In this document: positions 11,793-21,284 of the stretch, piece after piece
How the letters are laid out: each line of letters opens with the position of its first letter
Position numbering within the stretch: position 1 is the stretch's first letter
From: an uncultured Fibrobacterota bacterium
GTDB taxonomy: Bacteria > Fibrobacterota > Chitinivibrionia > Chitinivibrionales > FEN-1185
Assembly (NCBI GenBank): GCA_963753345.1
Contig: CAVWBU010000041.1
Location: forward strand, 64,001 to 128,000
Length of the DNA: 64,000 nucleotides
Direction of reading: 5' to 3'
Translations under genes and position numbers: made by a program
Notes under the pieces: model-generated
Told to the model about the DNA's origin: nothing
The model's database searches: none
The model's input: only the letters and a program-made list of their open reading frames with translations

Positions 11793-13466
11793 ATGCGATC
11801 CATTAAACTAACGGCTCTTTCGTTTCTATTTCTTGCAGTTGTCTTTGCCTTCCCGCAAAAGCTTCATGCGCAAACCATTCCCCAACCGGGTGAAAACTTC
11901 ACCGCAATCACCAACAACGGCATGTGGACATGGTACGGCGAACCAAAAGCTGTTTACTACGAGGGAGTGCACCGCCGCACCTACATAGGCTGGAACACCA
12001 ATATAAGCAGCGGCGCCCAGTATGTCGGATACTACGACCACGACACCAAGACGACCGCCCAGGTAGAGCTTCCAAGGCATTATCCTGCGGACGACCACAA
12101 CCACCCGAGTGTTATTGTGCGGCCCGACGGCCGTATCATGATCTTCCATACCGGCCACGACGGCAAGGAAATTTCCGAATATATTTCAAAAAACCCCGAA
12201 GACATCACGGCTCTTGATACTTTTACGGTAACCATACTTGACTGGTGCTGCTATCCGAATGTCTGCTTTCTCAAGAATGAAGGCACCCAGGGAAGATACT
12301 ATCTCTTCTTCCGCGACCTGAACCAGGAACCGTGGTTCCGCACCAGTGACGACTGGGGCGTTACCTGGAGCAAGGAACTCAATCTCTACACGAACAACCC
12401 GCACGGCTACAAACCGTATTTCAAATGCGCCTCGAACGGCATTGACGAAATCCATATCGACGTGGAGCGCGAAAACCGCGCCGGCGGCGGCAACATCCCC
12501 ACCTATTACATGAAATACAAGAACGGCTCTTTCTATCAGGCGAGCGGCAAGCTGATCGCCACCATGGCCCAACTGCCTATTGTCAACACCGTTCTCGACA
12601 CCGTGATATATCCCGGCGCCTACGGCGCAGGCGGCACGGTGTGGGACATCATGTACGATAAAAACGACAATCCGGTTATTCTGTACGATATGTTCTTCAA
12701 CAACAACTCGACTCATGTGTACTGGTATTTGCGGTGGACCGGAAGCTACTGGTTCAAAAGGCCGCTGGTGAACAGCGGCAACAACATGGGCGTCGCCGGG
12801 CAGCAGTTCTGCGGCGGGTTTACCTTCGACCACGAAAACCCGAACGTTATCTACGTGTCGCGCCAATTGTTGAAACCCAGCGCCACCCCGTTCAACCTTG
12901 CGGACACGAGCTTTGCAAACTACAAGAAGATTGCCCTAACGAATTTTGTGACCGTCGATTCCGGGTTCGAACTTGACAAGTGGACCACCGCCGACGGCGG
13001 CCTTACCTGGGACTCGATCGCCATAACCCGCGGTTCGGCCGCGAAGAATATCCGTCCCTGCGTGCCGCGCGGCCACAAGGACAGTATGAACATCAACCTC
13101 ATCTGGCTCGACGGCACCTGCACGAGCATGGGCGGCACGGGATACAACATGGCGGTGCGGATGTATCCGACCGACCGGGCCGACAATGCCGCGCCCCTAG
13201 CGAATCCCGTGCGGGCGACATCTTCCGACATCCGCATGGCAGGCTCCGGCATGGTGGTGACCCTTGTTCGCCCTGCTGCCGCATCCTTGAGGATCTACTC
13301 GCTGAACGGGGCTCTTGCCGCCGATCTCACGCCGGTGATACGGAGCATGGCGGCCGGTGCACAAACGGTGCCGATGTCGGCGCTGAGGCTCGGCAAGGGG
13401 ACCTATGTTGCAAGGCTTGACAACGGGAAATCAATAATCGAAAGGAACGTGGTCGTCAACCGCTAG
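11793..13466 (+). CDS. BNR_4-type beta-propeller secreted protein, paralog 8
   Basis: Signal peptide; WTWYGEPKA; DDHNHP; GHDG; C-terminal sorting-like domain. Confidence 0.88.
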   Translation: MRSIKLTALSFLFLAVVFAFPQKLHAQTIPQPGENFTAITNNGMWTWYGEPKAVYYEGVHRRTYIGWNTNISSGAQYVGYYDHDTKTTAQVELPRHYPADDHNHPSVIVRPDGRIMIFHTGHDGKEISEYISKNPEDITALDTFTVTILDWCCYPNVCFLKNEGTQGRYYLFFRDLNQEPWFRTSDDWGVTWSKELNLYTNNPHGYKPYFKCASNGIDEIHIDVERENRAGGGNIPTYYMKYKNGSFYQASGKLIATMAQLPIVNTVLDTVIYPGAYGAGGTVWDIMYDKNDNPVILYDMFFNNNSTHVYWYLRWTGSYWFKRPLVNSGNNMGVAGQQFCGGFTFDHENPNVIYVSRQLLKPSATPFNLADTSFANYKKIALTNFVTVDSGFELDKWTTADGGLTWDSIAITRGSAAKNIRPCVPRGHKDSMNINLIWLDGTCTSMGGTGYNMAVRMYPTDRADNAAPLANPVRATSSDIRMAGSGMVVTLVRPAAASLRIYSLNGALAADLTPVIRSMAAGAQTVPMSALRLGKGTYVARLDNGKSIIERNVVVNR

Positions 13467-13541
13467 GCAAGGCAGGGGTCTTCGGATCAACGTTACGTAA
13501 CACGAACCGTGACATCTGCTCATCCGGGAAGAGGAGCTTGT

Positions 13542-14891
13542 ATGCGCAATCGGATTCTTGTCCTCGTGGCGGCAGTTGTTGCGCTGTGCCTGTCCGCCTG
13601 GGCCCAGCCCGAGTTTTCCCCCGACAGCATCAAGGGCGCCTGCAAACGCGTGGCAAAGGCGCGCCTGAAATCGACCCAGGACAACGGTTGGCAGGGCGGC
13701 ACCTACTACGAGGGCGTGATGGCCCTCTATTACATGACAAAGGAGCAAGGCTACCTCGACACCACCGTAGCATGGGGCAAATACCACAACTGGATTTCGT
13801 CGTCAGGCGACAGCGCACCCACCAACTCGGACAACGTGGGATGCTATCAGGCATACCTTGAAGCCTACATGCAGAACCCGCTCCCTGCAAACGCCGGCTG
13901 GATCGCCGCGCCTATTGTGTATGTCAACAGAAACACCTACCAGATTCAACCGTCGTGGCCCATCGTCGACCAGTACCACATGTCGGCCGCGAACTTTGTG
14001 CGCGTGGCCGCGATCAACCACGACAGCGTAATTCTCGATTCACTGTACAAATTCTGCACGACGATTGCAATGCGCCATTACAACGTGAAGGACAGCCTGT
14101 TCAACAGCAACTGCAGCGACACGTCCCAGCCGCGCGACGCCTACTGGGGCCGCGGATGCGGCTGGGGAGTGATGGCACAGTGCCGTATCCTTCAGATGCT
14201 TCCGAAGTACCACTATTCGGCACCCTGGTACAAGGACAAGCTCCGTGCAGTGCTCTATCGACTCCTGCGACTCCAGAACCAGACCGACGGCATGTGGCGC
14301 AGCGACCTGATCAACCACCCAGAATGGAACAAGGAAGCAAGCTCCACTGGGTTTTTCGCGTTCGGCTATTTCTACGCCATCCGCAACGCAATCATCGATA
14401 GCGCGACCTATATTGGTCCGGCCAAAATGGCCTGGAAAGGACTGCTCGATTGCATCGGCGTTGACCCTGCCCAGCCCAACCTGATCGGCTGGTCCCAGGG
14501 CGTGGGCGGTTCGCCTTCCAACAACTTCGGCATCACCAACCACGACGAATATACCGAGGGCGGGTTCTTCCTTGCGGGCAACGAATTCTACCGGCTGCTC
14601 ACCGAGGGCGTCGACCGGACGGCAACAGGCGTGTCGAACAATCATTTGTCAACAACCGCCGGTGTTACCAAGAGCGCTGCCTGCAGGTTGCTGCTGTTTT
14701 CTTCCGTAAACGGGCGGATTTCGGTCCCCGCGGCCACGCGCAGTTTTGAAGTGTACAGCATGAGAGGACAACTGCTGTACAGACAGGCGGTCGAGGTGAC
14801 CAATAGTGAACAGACTGTCACCCTGCCTGAAGCAGTTCGGCATGCACCGGCGATTGCGGTGAGGTTTACAGGCCGCTCAGCAGGTTGCTGA
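13542..14891 (+). CDS. Secreted GH105/GH88-like unsaturated glycuronyl hydrolase
   Basis: GAGGAG RBS; signal peptide; WQGGTYYEG, NSDN, IVDQYHM, YWGRGCGW, Q..DGMW and EASST motifs typical of YteR-like (alpha/alpha)6 enzymes; C-terminal tail. Confidence 0.8.
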   Translation: MRNRILVLVAAVVALCLSAWAQPEFSPDSIKGACKRVAKARLKSTQDNGWQGGTYYEGVMALYYMTKEQGYLDTTVAWGKYHNWISSSGDSAPTNSDNVGCYQAYLEAYMQNPLPANAGWIAAPIVYVNRNTYQIQPSWPIVDQYHMSAANFVRVAAINHDSVILDSLYKFCTTIAMRHYNVKDSLFNSNCSDTSQPRDAYWGRGCGWGVMAQCRILQMLPKYHYSAPWYKDKLRAVLYRLLRLQNQTDGMWRSDLINHPEWNKEASSTGFFAFGYFYAIRNAIIDSATYIGPAKMAWKGLLDCIGVDPAQPNLIGWSQGVGGSPSNNFGITNHDEYTEGGFFLAGNEFYRLLTEGVDRTATGVSNNHLSTTAGVTKSAACRLLLFSSVNGRISVPAATRSFEVYSMRGQLLYRQAVEVTNSEQTVTLPEAVRHAPAIAVRFTGRSAGC

Positions 14892-14932
14892 AGCGGAATG
14901 TGATTGCGGCAGCGTCCCGAAGCGTTGCAGCA

Positions 14933-14964
14933 GAAAAGGCCCCGACGTCAAGCGGGGCCTTTTC
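14933..14964. terminator. Bidirectional intrinsic terminator
   Basis: gaaaaggccccg...cggggccttttc between convergent genes. Confidence 0.8.
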
Positions 14965-14989
14965 ATTCTTGCTACACCGTATACCGGGT

Positions 14990-16567
14990 TTACCTGAGGA
15001 CAAATTTCTGTTGATGGACCTGGCTGCCCACTGTCACCCGCATCAGATACACGCCCCTGAGCCCGGACGGAAGCGTGAGGCCCACCGAAGTGCCTGACAT
15101 CGAAGGTCTTTCCAGTCTGTAAACGAGCCTGCCGCTCATGTCGACCACGACAATCGAAACCGGCCCGTTGGGCATCTTGCCGAATTCGACCGCCACACGG
15201 TTGCCGCCGAGGAATGTTATCTTGAATTCCTTGACCGCGTCTTTGACGGCGGTTCGCACGGGCGAATACTCGAATATTGCGTTGTTCGCGGGAAGCACGG
15301 GCATGTCGGCAGGCACGACGAAGATCTCACTGGGCAAAAGCGGCGGGACCCCGCCATTCTGCCAGGCAAGAGCATCGGCCGCGCTGAGCGAGTCCTTTTC
15401 AAGAGCGAGAAGGTCCATCTTATCGTCCACGAAACCGAACACCCCGCCGTAGTTTCCGGTGTTTCCGGAGAGATTGTACTTGCAGGCCCAGATGAGGGGC
15501 ACGGACCCTGCAGTCGCAGTAGACGTATCGGGGGAAATCGCCTGGATCATTTGGTACACAGTGGTTCCGTCGTTTCTGTAAAGGCTCCAGTATATGTTGC
15601 GATCCCATGCGTCTGTGGACTTCAGATAAACGCCGAAACAACCGATATAGGGAATATCCGAAATGTAACTCTTGTCGCCGGTGACGACTCTTGCCTCGGC
15701 CGTGTAGCCGGTCAGCTGGAGTTCCTTGATCATGCCGGTAATCGTGTCCGGAAACCCGGCGAAGATCGCGGCATACCATCCACTTGCGTTTGTGGAATCA
15801 ACCTGGTACTGATATGCGCGGTTCAGACTCGTGGAGTCGGGCGCGAGGCTGAGGCTTGAAGAACCGGACGGCGTAACATTGCCGTACCAATCGGTGGTAT
15901 ATTGAACGAGATTGGCAATCGGGACCAGGTAGGTGGATCCGAGCTGAAGGGTTTTCTTCATGGTGCCGTACGTCAGCACGAAGGTGAACGGAACATTGGT
16001 GGCCTTGTCAAACTCGATTGGAATGGTGGCCGGGGTCTGTGCGCACCCGTAGGTAAACGCGGTTTTTATCCCGAATTGCGGTCCCGCGCTGTCTGCGGTG
16101 AGCGGGACAGTATAGAGAATCCGGATCTTCTTGGAATTACCGATGGTGTCGGGAAATATCTTAAATTGATAGATATTGTCGCCCACTTTCTGGAGCAGGC
16201 CAGGGCAAGGAGGACCACCAAGCTGTCCTTCCATGCTCCTTTCCCTCAATTTCGCCTTAAGCAGCACGTTTCCGTTCCACACAAGCATCGAACGGACCGC
16301 CGATCCAGACGTCAGTTCGAACTGGCCCTCAATCACAAGTGTTGTCGGATCGCCGCCCGACTGTACCTGTCCCTGCGCGGATATTACCGCCTCTTCTTCA
16401 ACATCGACATAGAAGGGATGGATGATCATGTGTATAGTGTTTGATTCCAGCTTGCACGGGCCGGACGAACTCCAGTAGGTTGCGTTCGTGGTCTGCCACG
16501 TGATCTGGCCGAAGACTGCAAATGCCTGGGCAAGGACAATGAGGAAAAGGGCGTGTAGAAACCTCAT
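14990..16567 (-). CDS. Secreted protein with VIT-like N-terminal region and C-terminal sorting-like domain
   Basis: Signal peptide MRFLHALF...AVFG; SMLVWNGNVLLKAKL resembles VIT domains; tail VDMSGRLV...GVYLMRV. Confidence 0.7.
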   Translation of the reverse strand: MRFLHALFLIVLAQAFAVFGQITWQTTNATYWSSSGPCKLESNTIHMIIHPFYVDVEEEAVISAQGQVQSGGDPTTLVIEGQFELTSGSAVRSMLVWNGNVLLKAKLRERSMEGQLGGPPCPGLLQKVGDNIYQFKIFPDTIGNSKKIRILYTVPLTADSAGPQFGIKTAFTYGCAQTPATIPIEFDKATNVPFTFVLTYGTMKKTLQLGSTYLVPIANLVQYTTDWYGNVTPSGSSSLSLAPDSTSLNRAYQYQVDSTNASGWYAAIFAGFPDTITGMIKELQLTGYTAEARVVTGDKSYISDIPYIGCFGVYLKSTDAWDRNIYWSLYRNDGTTVYQMIQAISPDTSTATAGSVPLIWACKYNLSGNTGNYGGVFGFVDDKMDLLALEKDSLSAADALAWQNGGVPPLLPSEIFVVPADMPVLPANNAIFEYSPVRTAVKDAVKEFKITFLGGNRVAVEFGKMPNGPVSIVVVDMSGRLVYRLERPSMSGTSVGLTLPSGLRGVYLMRVTVGSQVHQQKFVLR

Positions 16568-16745
16568 ACTCAGCCTTTCTGTTGAATCGGTGGCATAGCA
16601 AAGGCACTTTGATATTAATAATATATCGTCTTGCACGCAGGATTGCCATCCATGCATGATAAAAGTGGTTTCTGACAGAAAACACCATACTCCTGTTTGG
16701 AGACTTGACCATTGATACTGGTGACAAGGTAGATTATGGATGAAG

Positions 16746-16829
16746 ACCCTGTGGCATGGCGCACCGGCAAGGCCTAAGGCGGACCCGAAAGCCTGGCGCC
16801 GTCGCGATAAAGGCTGCAGGGTTGCTGGT
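16746..16829 (+). promoter_or_regulatory. Candidate structured leader RNA (GEMM/c-di-GMP-I-like elements)
   Basis: Three complementary segment pairs. GGCAA...GGACCCGAAAGCC...GGGTTGCTGG resembles c-di-GMP-I landmarks. Lies directly upstream of the radical SAM gene. Confidence 0.4.
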
Positions 16830-16882
16830 TTGAAGCTTCATTAATCATATCAATCAACCATCTCCAACGTAAAGTTCACCAT

Positions 16883-18181
16883 TTGTCAATAACCTCCCCT
16901 ACCCTTCTTCTCATCACGGCATCTTCCCCGGAAATCCAAAGGGTACGGCGGCCGCGCGTGCTCAATTTTCAGCAGATCACCATGCCCTATCTCGCCGCCT
17001 TTGCGCCGCCTCACTGGACTGTGCGCCACGTGGACGAGGCCGTGGAACCGGTCGATTTTGAAGCAGCCGCCGATGTGGTTGCGATCACCCTTCACACGCC
17101 GAGCGCGCCCCACGCATACGGCCTCGCCGACCGGTTCCGCCTGCGCGGAACAACCGTGGTGCTGGGCGGACCCCATGTCACCCTGATGCCCGACGAAGCG
17201 CAGGCCCACGCGGACGCGATCTTTTTGGGAGAGGCCGAAGAGAACTGGCCGCAGTTTCTTGCCGAATACAATGCACGCAAGTTCCGGCAGCGCTATTATT
17301 CCGCCGAGCCTCCTCTGCTCGATCATGCGCCGATGGCCCGCAAGGATCTGTTTCACCGGCGCGATTATACGGCCGGGGTCCTGTTCGCCGGACGCGGCTG
17401 TCCGCACCAATGCGATTTCTGCGCCATTGCGGTGATGTATCACGGCCGTATGCGCATGCGGTCGGTGGATGACATTGCCCGCGAATATGCTTCCTTCCAC
17501 GGCAAAGTGATCATCCTGTGGGACGACAATATCGCGGCTGACATTGAGTTCGCCAAAAAGCTGTTTCGGGCCCTCGCTCCCCACAGAAAATGGTGGAGCA
17601 GCCAGGCAAGCATTCATGCGGCCGACGATGACGAGTTCCTCGACCTGGCCGCCCGCAGCGGATGTAAGCAGCTGTTCATCGGATTGGAGTCGATATGCCA
17701 GGCAAGCATGAATGAAGTCTCAAAAGGATTCAATCGCGTGGACGACTACGGCCGAGCGATCGAGCGGATTCATTCCCACGGCATTGCCGTGCAGGCGGGT
17801 ATCGTGTTCGGATTTGACAATGATGCGGAATCGGTCTTCGGCGAGACCCTCGATTTCCTTGAGGCCGCTGGCGTGCAGAATGCGACATTCAACATTCTTA
17901 CGCCCTACCCCGCGACGCCTTTGTACCGCCGCCTGGAAGCACAAAACCGGATCCTGACCCGCGATTGGACAAAGTATAACGGCCGTGAGGATGTGGTGTT
18001 CTTGCCCCGGCGCATGAGTCCGGAGATTTTGCTGGAAGGGTACCGGTACGCAAACCGGCGGTTCTATTCTCCGAAGAGCATCGGGCGGCGCCTGTCGCGG
18101 TCGCCGGTGGGGCTGTGGTGGACCTTGCCGGTGAACCTTGCATACTCACTTGCACTGTGGTATTCGGGGCCAAAGCCGTGA
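16883..18181 (+). CDS. B12-binding domain radical SAM protein
   Basis: N-terminal cobalamin-binding fold (VVLGGPHVT, GEAE); GRGCPHQCDFC (CxxxCxxC); DDNI; GLES; TPYPATPL. TTG start uncertain. Confidence 0.9.
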   Translation: MSITSPTLLLITASSPEIQRVRRPRVLNFQQITMPYLAAFAPPHWTVRHVDEAVEPVDFEAAADVVAITLHTPSAPHAYGLADRFRLRGTTVVLGGPHVTLMPDEAQAHADAIFLGEAEENWPQFLAEYNARKFRQRYYSAEPPLLDHAPMARKDLFHRRDYTAGVLFAGRGCPHQCDFCAIAVMYHGRMRMRSVDDIAREYASFHGKVIILWDDNIAADIEFAKKLFRALAPHRKWWSSQASIHAADDDEFLDLAARSGCKQLFIGLESICQASMNEVSKGFNRVDDYGRAIERIHSHGIAVQAGIVFGFDNDAESVFGETLDFLEAAGVQNATFNILTPYPATPLYRRLEAQNRILTRDWTKYNGREDVVFLPRRMSPEILLEGYRYANRRFYSPKSIGRRLSRSPVGLWWTLPVNLAYSLALWYSGPKP

Positions 18182-18290
18182 GCACTTCGAACAAATCGCC
18201 GTCGCGTCTACAGGCCGTCTGACGACAGTTCTGGCATCATGCGTTGATTTTTGTGCATGCAGAATGACCGCCGGCCTGCCGAAGAAAAAC

Positions 18291-18319
18291 AAAAGCCGCC
18301 GTGACTTCCCGGCGGCTTT
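18291..18319. terminator. Intrinsic terminator between convergent operons
   Basis: aaaagccgccg-tgacttcc-cggcggcttt. Confidence 0.75.
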
Positions 18320-18339
18320 CTCCGTAATGTCAACCAGCC

Positions 18340-19074
18340 CTATCTCGGCAGCATGGAAAGCGGAGATCGGGGACCGGCAAGCATTTTGGCCGCCGGATTC
18401 TGAAGCTTGTACTCTTGCCAGGTGTTCCACAGGTGGCACGCGCTGCAGAGGCCGGGGTCGAACACTCCGTTGATGTGCGTCGCGGTATCCACGGTGGCGG
18501 ATGCCATGTTGTAGGCGCCGCCGTGGCAATTGTAGCATTTGTTGACATTGCCGCCCACGAGAGGCGTGCCCGTCGCGGGATACCGCTTGAGCGCATGGCC
18601 GAAGTGGAACGTGTAAATGCTTGTGGAATCCGCGGTGTTGGTCGAAAGATTGTGGCACGCGCCGCACGACCTGTCGATCGAGTCGGCGTTCCACGCGACC
18701 GTTGCGTGCGTCCCCTGCGGAATGCCGCCGTGGCAGTACACATTGCTGCACTGCATGGTTGATTTATCGTAAGCCGCCTTTCCGCTGTCGTTCCAGGGAG
18801 GGGTGAAAACAACGTCGGTGTCGCCGTTCATGTGCGTAACGTTATTGACGGAAAAGATGTCACGTGCGCTGTCCGCCTCGTATCCCGCATGGCAATACGA
18901 ACAGCGGTACCCCAGCGAGTCGACATGGTACAGATGCGCCCGGTCCCTGGGAGGCAGGTCGTGGCACAGGCCGCAGGTCCTGGCGGACACTACTTCCGGA
19001 GCTTCCGCGCGCTCGCTGCAGCCGGTGACGGCCAGAGCGGCGACTGCCGCCGCCATGCAAAGTGTTTTTCTCAT
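18340..19074 (-). CDS. Multiheme c-type cytochrome lipoprotein (5 CxxCH + 1 CxxxxCH)
   Basis: ATGA overlap with the upstream gene; lipobox AVTG|C; CGLCH, CSYCH, CSNVYCH, CGACH, CYNCH, CSACH; THMNG/THING motifs of CxxxxCH/CxxCH-domain cytochromes. Confidence 0.88.
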   Translation of the reverse strand: MRKTLCMAAAVAALAVTGCSERAEAPEVVSARTCGLCHDLPPRDRAHLYHVDSLGYRCSYCHAGYEADSARDIFSVNNVTHMNGDTDVVFTPPWNDSGKAAYDKSTMQCSNVYCHGGIPQGTHATVAWNADSIDRSCGACHNLSTNTADSTSIYTFHFGHALKRYPATGTPLVGGNVNKCYNCHGGAYNMASATVDTATHINGVFDPGLCSACHLWNTWQEYKLQNPAAKMLAGPRSPLSMLPR

Positions 19075-19976
19075 CGCAGCCTGTTTTCGTGACATTGAGA
19101 GCAGAAATTCCTTGTCTCGTGACACATTACGCAATTGGAAATCCCCATCCGCACATCGTTGCCGTGCATAAACCGGTATCCCGGCGGATGGATACGGCAG
19201 GCCGTCTGGCCTAGGTGGCACCGGTCGCATTCCTGTTTGTCGTGACACTGCATGCATTCCGCCTTCCCGTACTTGGCCTCCATGCCGTGGCCGTATCGCC
19301 CCACCCACAGGTAGGTGTGCGTCTTCGGCTTGATCTGCGCGACATCGTTGTGGCACACCGCGCACTGGCCCGACGCCTTGCGGTCCTCGTGGCAGTAGAG
19401 GCACGTTTTCATGGGAGGATAGTCGTCGTGCCGCATCCACTGGCCGCGCTGGGGCTCCGCATGGCAGTAGCGGCAGTCCTTTATGCGGGCGTAATGCTTC
19501 GCATGAGAGAATTTAATCTTGAAAAGGTCGGCCTGCATGGACTTTTTTTCCGGAATTTTGTGGCAGCTCGTGCAGCTCATGTCCATGTTGAGCCGGACTT
19601 GACATACGCCGAATCCCTTGTGCATGGTTTCCATGCCCAAAACGCCTTTGTGGCACTGGCTGCATTGCTTGATGCGGCTGTCGTTGCCCTTGCGGTGATG
19701 GCACGTGACGCACGAAATGCCGGCCTTCTCGAACCCCCGGTGCGACATTACGACTGGCCCCGGCGTCCAGCCGACCTTGACGGCGGAGAGACCCGTGTCT
19801 TTTGCGGTCACGAACGAATCCACCGAGGTGACGATGACCGTGTCGGTGGTAATGGAATCGTGGAAGAAGACATCGAGCTGGGAATATCCGGGCCGCGCCG
19901 ACGAAAGCACCATCATGCATGCCGCGAAAGCGACAAAGGAGAACGTCATTGTCGAAGTACAGCTGGGTTGTGTCAT
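19071..19976 (-). CDS. Periplasmic decaheme cytochrome c (c3/c7-like modules)
   Basis: Signal peptide; 10 CxxCH: CVTCH, CSQCH, CTSCH, CRYCH, CLYCH, CAVCH, CMQCH, CDRCH, CVMCH, CSQCH. Confidence 0.9.
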   Translation of the reverse strand: MTQPSCTSTMTFSFVAFAACMMVLSSARPGYSQLDVFFHDSITTDTVIVTSVDSFVTAKDTGLSAVKVGWTPGPVVMSHRGFEKAGISCVTCHHRKGNDSRIKQCSQCHKGVLGMETMHKGFGVCQVRLNMDMSCTSCHKIPEKKSMQADLFKIKFSHAKHYARIKDCRYCHAEPQRGQWMRHDDYPPMKTCLYCHEDRKASGQCAVCHNDVAQIKPKTHTYLWVGRYGHGMEAKYGKAECMQCHDKQECDRCHLGQTACRIHPPGYRFMHGNDVRMGISNCVMCHETRNFCSQCHENRLR

Positions 19977-19977
19977 A

Positions 19978-21276
19978 TCACTTCACTTTGACCGGGACAG
20001 GGGGCTGGCCCGACTGCCAGAACCCGTGAAAATTGAAACGGGACATGAACATGACGCGAAAATCGCTTTTGTAATAGTCGTTCACCAGATACTCCACCTG
20101 CGGCTCCAGCACAAGACTCACCACCGGCGTGAGCCACGGAACGAACCACCGGCAAAAGGCCAGCGTTGTATAGGCATTGCGCCAGTCGGTTACGAGCAGC
20201 GTCTTGTACCGGTCGAACTGGAACGCCGCCCCTATATCGAAGACCTGGGCGTAGGCAAACGTGTAGCCCGGAACGATTTCATAGGTGGTGCCGTGGACGC
20301 CGGTGTTTACGTCGAGCCGCAGCGATGCGCCCTTTGCCAGAAGATTGCAACTCGCCAGGTGGTCTGTTCCCTCGCCGAACGCCCTCAGCGAATACGCGCC
20401 GAGAAACGAAACATCGCGCAGGAAGCCCAGGCCGATCACCATGCCGCCTTCGTTGTACTTGTCAAGGACCAACCGTTCGTAATAGTTGACCGAATCTATC
20501 TGACTTGCCCGGCCCGCGGCATGAATGGCAAGGTGGAGCATGTCCCAGCGCACGAGGCCTGCCTCGAGGTAGTATTCGTCAAGGGTTTGTGACGTGACGT
20601 CATAGCGGACATGGCCACGGACGCCCACGACATGGCCGATGTCGGACCGCAGGCTCGCGGCGGCTCGGTAGTGGCGGTCGAGATCGGAGTCCTGCTTGTC
20701 GGCCGAGACGCCCAATCCCACTTCGGTCCCGCGCAGGAAGCGCGCGCTGCCGTAGAAGCCCGCCTGCACTCTTTTCGGATCGAGGCTCGCGATGCTGTCG
20801 GAATACCTCGACGGCGTGGCCGTGCCCCCGAACGCATAGAGCGAAAGCACCTTGCCCGCATCGTAGCCGAGGCTGAGCCCGTCGAGATAGCCGGCGTCCA
20901 GGGCAAAGGTGTTGACAAACTGTCTGCCGAGGCTCGCGCTGAGTCCCAGCGGTTCGTGGGTCCAGTCGAGGCTGGTTGAGCGGAGCTCGTACTGCTTGGG
21001 CATGCCGCTCGTCTTGTCGTTGGTGACGCTCACATCGGACGAAAACGAAAGCGCCGATGCTCCCGGGTTGCGGACCGCAAGACCCACGTCCTCGTAGAAA
21101 TTGTTCCGCCTGGCCGTTGCGCTGGATACCGTATCTACCCTGTCGTCCCTGGCATAGTAGGTGTTGCCTTCGTAAACGTTGAGCGAAACCCCGAAGACGG
21201 CGGAACAGACGGCAAGAAAAACGGCAAGGACGGCGCCTGGTTTTCCGCGGGTGCAATTGCGGCAGCGCATCAGCAT
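19978..21276 (-). CDS. Predicted outer-membrane beta-barrel (porin-like) protein
   Basis: Signal peptide (VLAVFLAVCSAVFG); alternating amphipathic aromatic-rich strands (LSASLGRQF, LDGLSLGY, YTFAY, FNFHGFW). Start could be 21291, 21276 or 21270. Confidence 0.65.
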   Translation of the reverse strand: MLMRCRNCTRGKPGAVLAVFLAVCSAVFGVSLNVYEGNTYYARDDRVDTVSSATARRNNFYEDVGLAVRNPGASALSFSSDVSVTNDKTSGMPKQYELRSTSLDWTHEPLGLSASLGRQFVNTFALDAGYLDGLSLGYDAGKVLSLYAFGGTATPSRYSDSIASLDPKRVQAGFYGSARFLRGTEVGLGVSADKQDSDLDRHYRAAASLRSDIGHVVGVRGHVRYDVTSQTLDEYYLEAGLVRWDMLHLAIHAAGRASQIDSVNYYERLVLDKYNEGGMVIGLGFLRDVSFLGAYSLRAFGEGTDHLASCNLLAKGASLRLDVNTGVHGTTYEIVPGYTFAYAQVFDIGAAFQFDRYKTLLVTDWRNAYTTLAFCRWFVPWLTPVVSLVLEPQVEYLVNDYYKSDFRVMFMSRFNFHGFWQSGQPPVPVKVK

Positions 21277-21284
21277 GCATGCCC

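Noticed and set aside
1-13466. Diversity-generating retroelement explanation for the paralog repeats
   Set aside because: No reverse transcriptase; differences between copies are mostly synonymous and not adenine-specific.
19075-19440. N-terminal extension of ORF 18340..19440
   Set aside because: Overlaps the decaheme gene in another frame; the lipoprotein signal starts at 19074.
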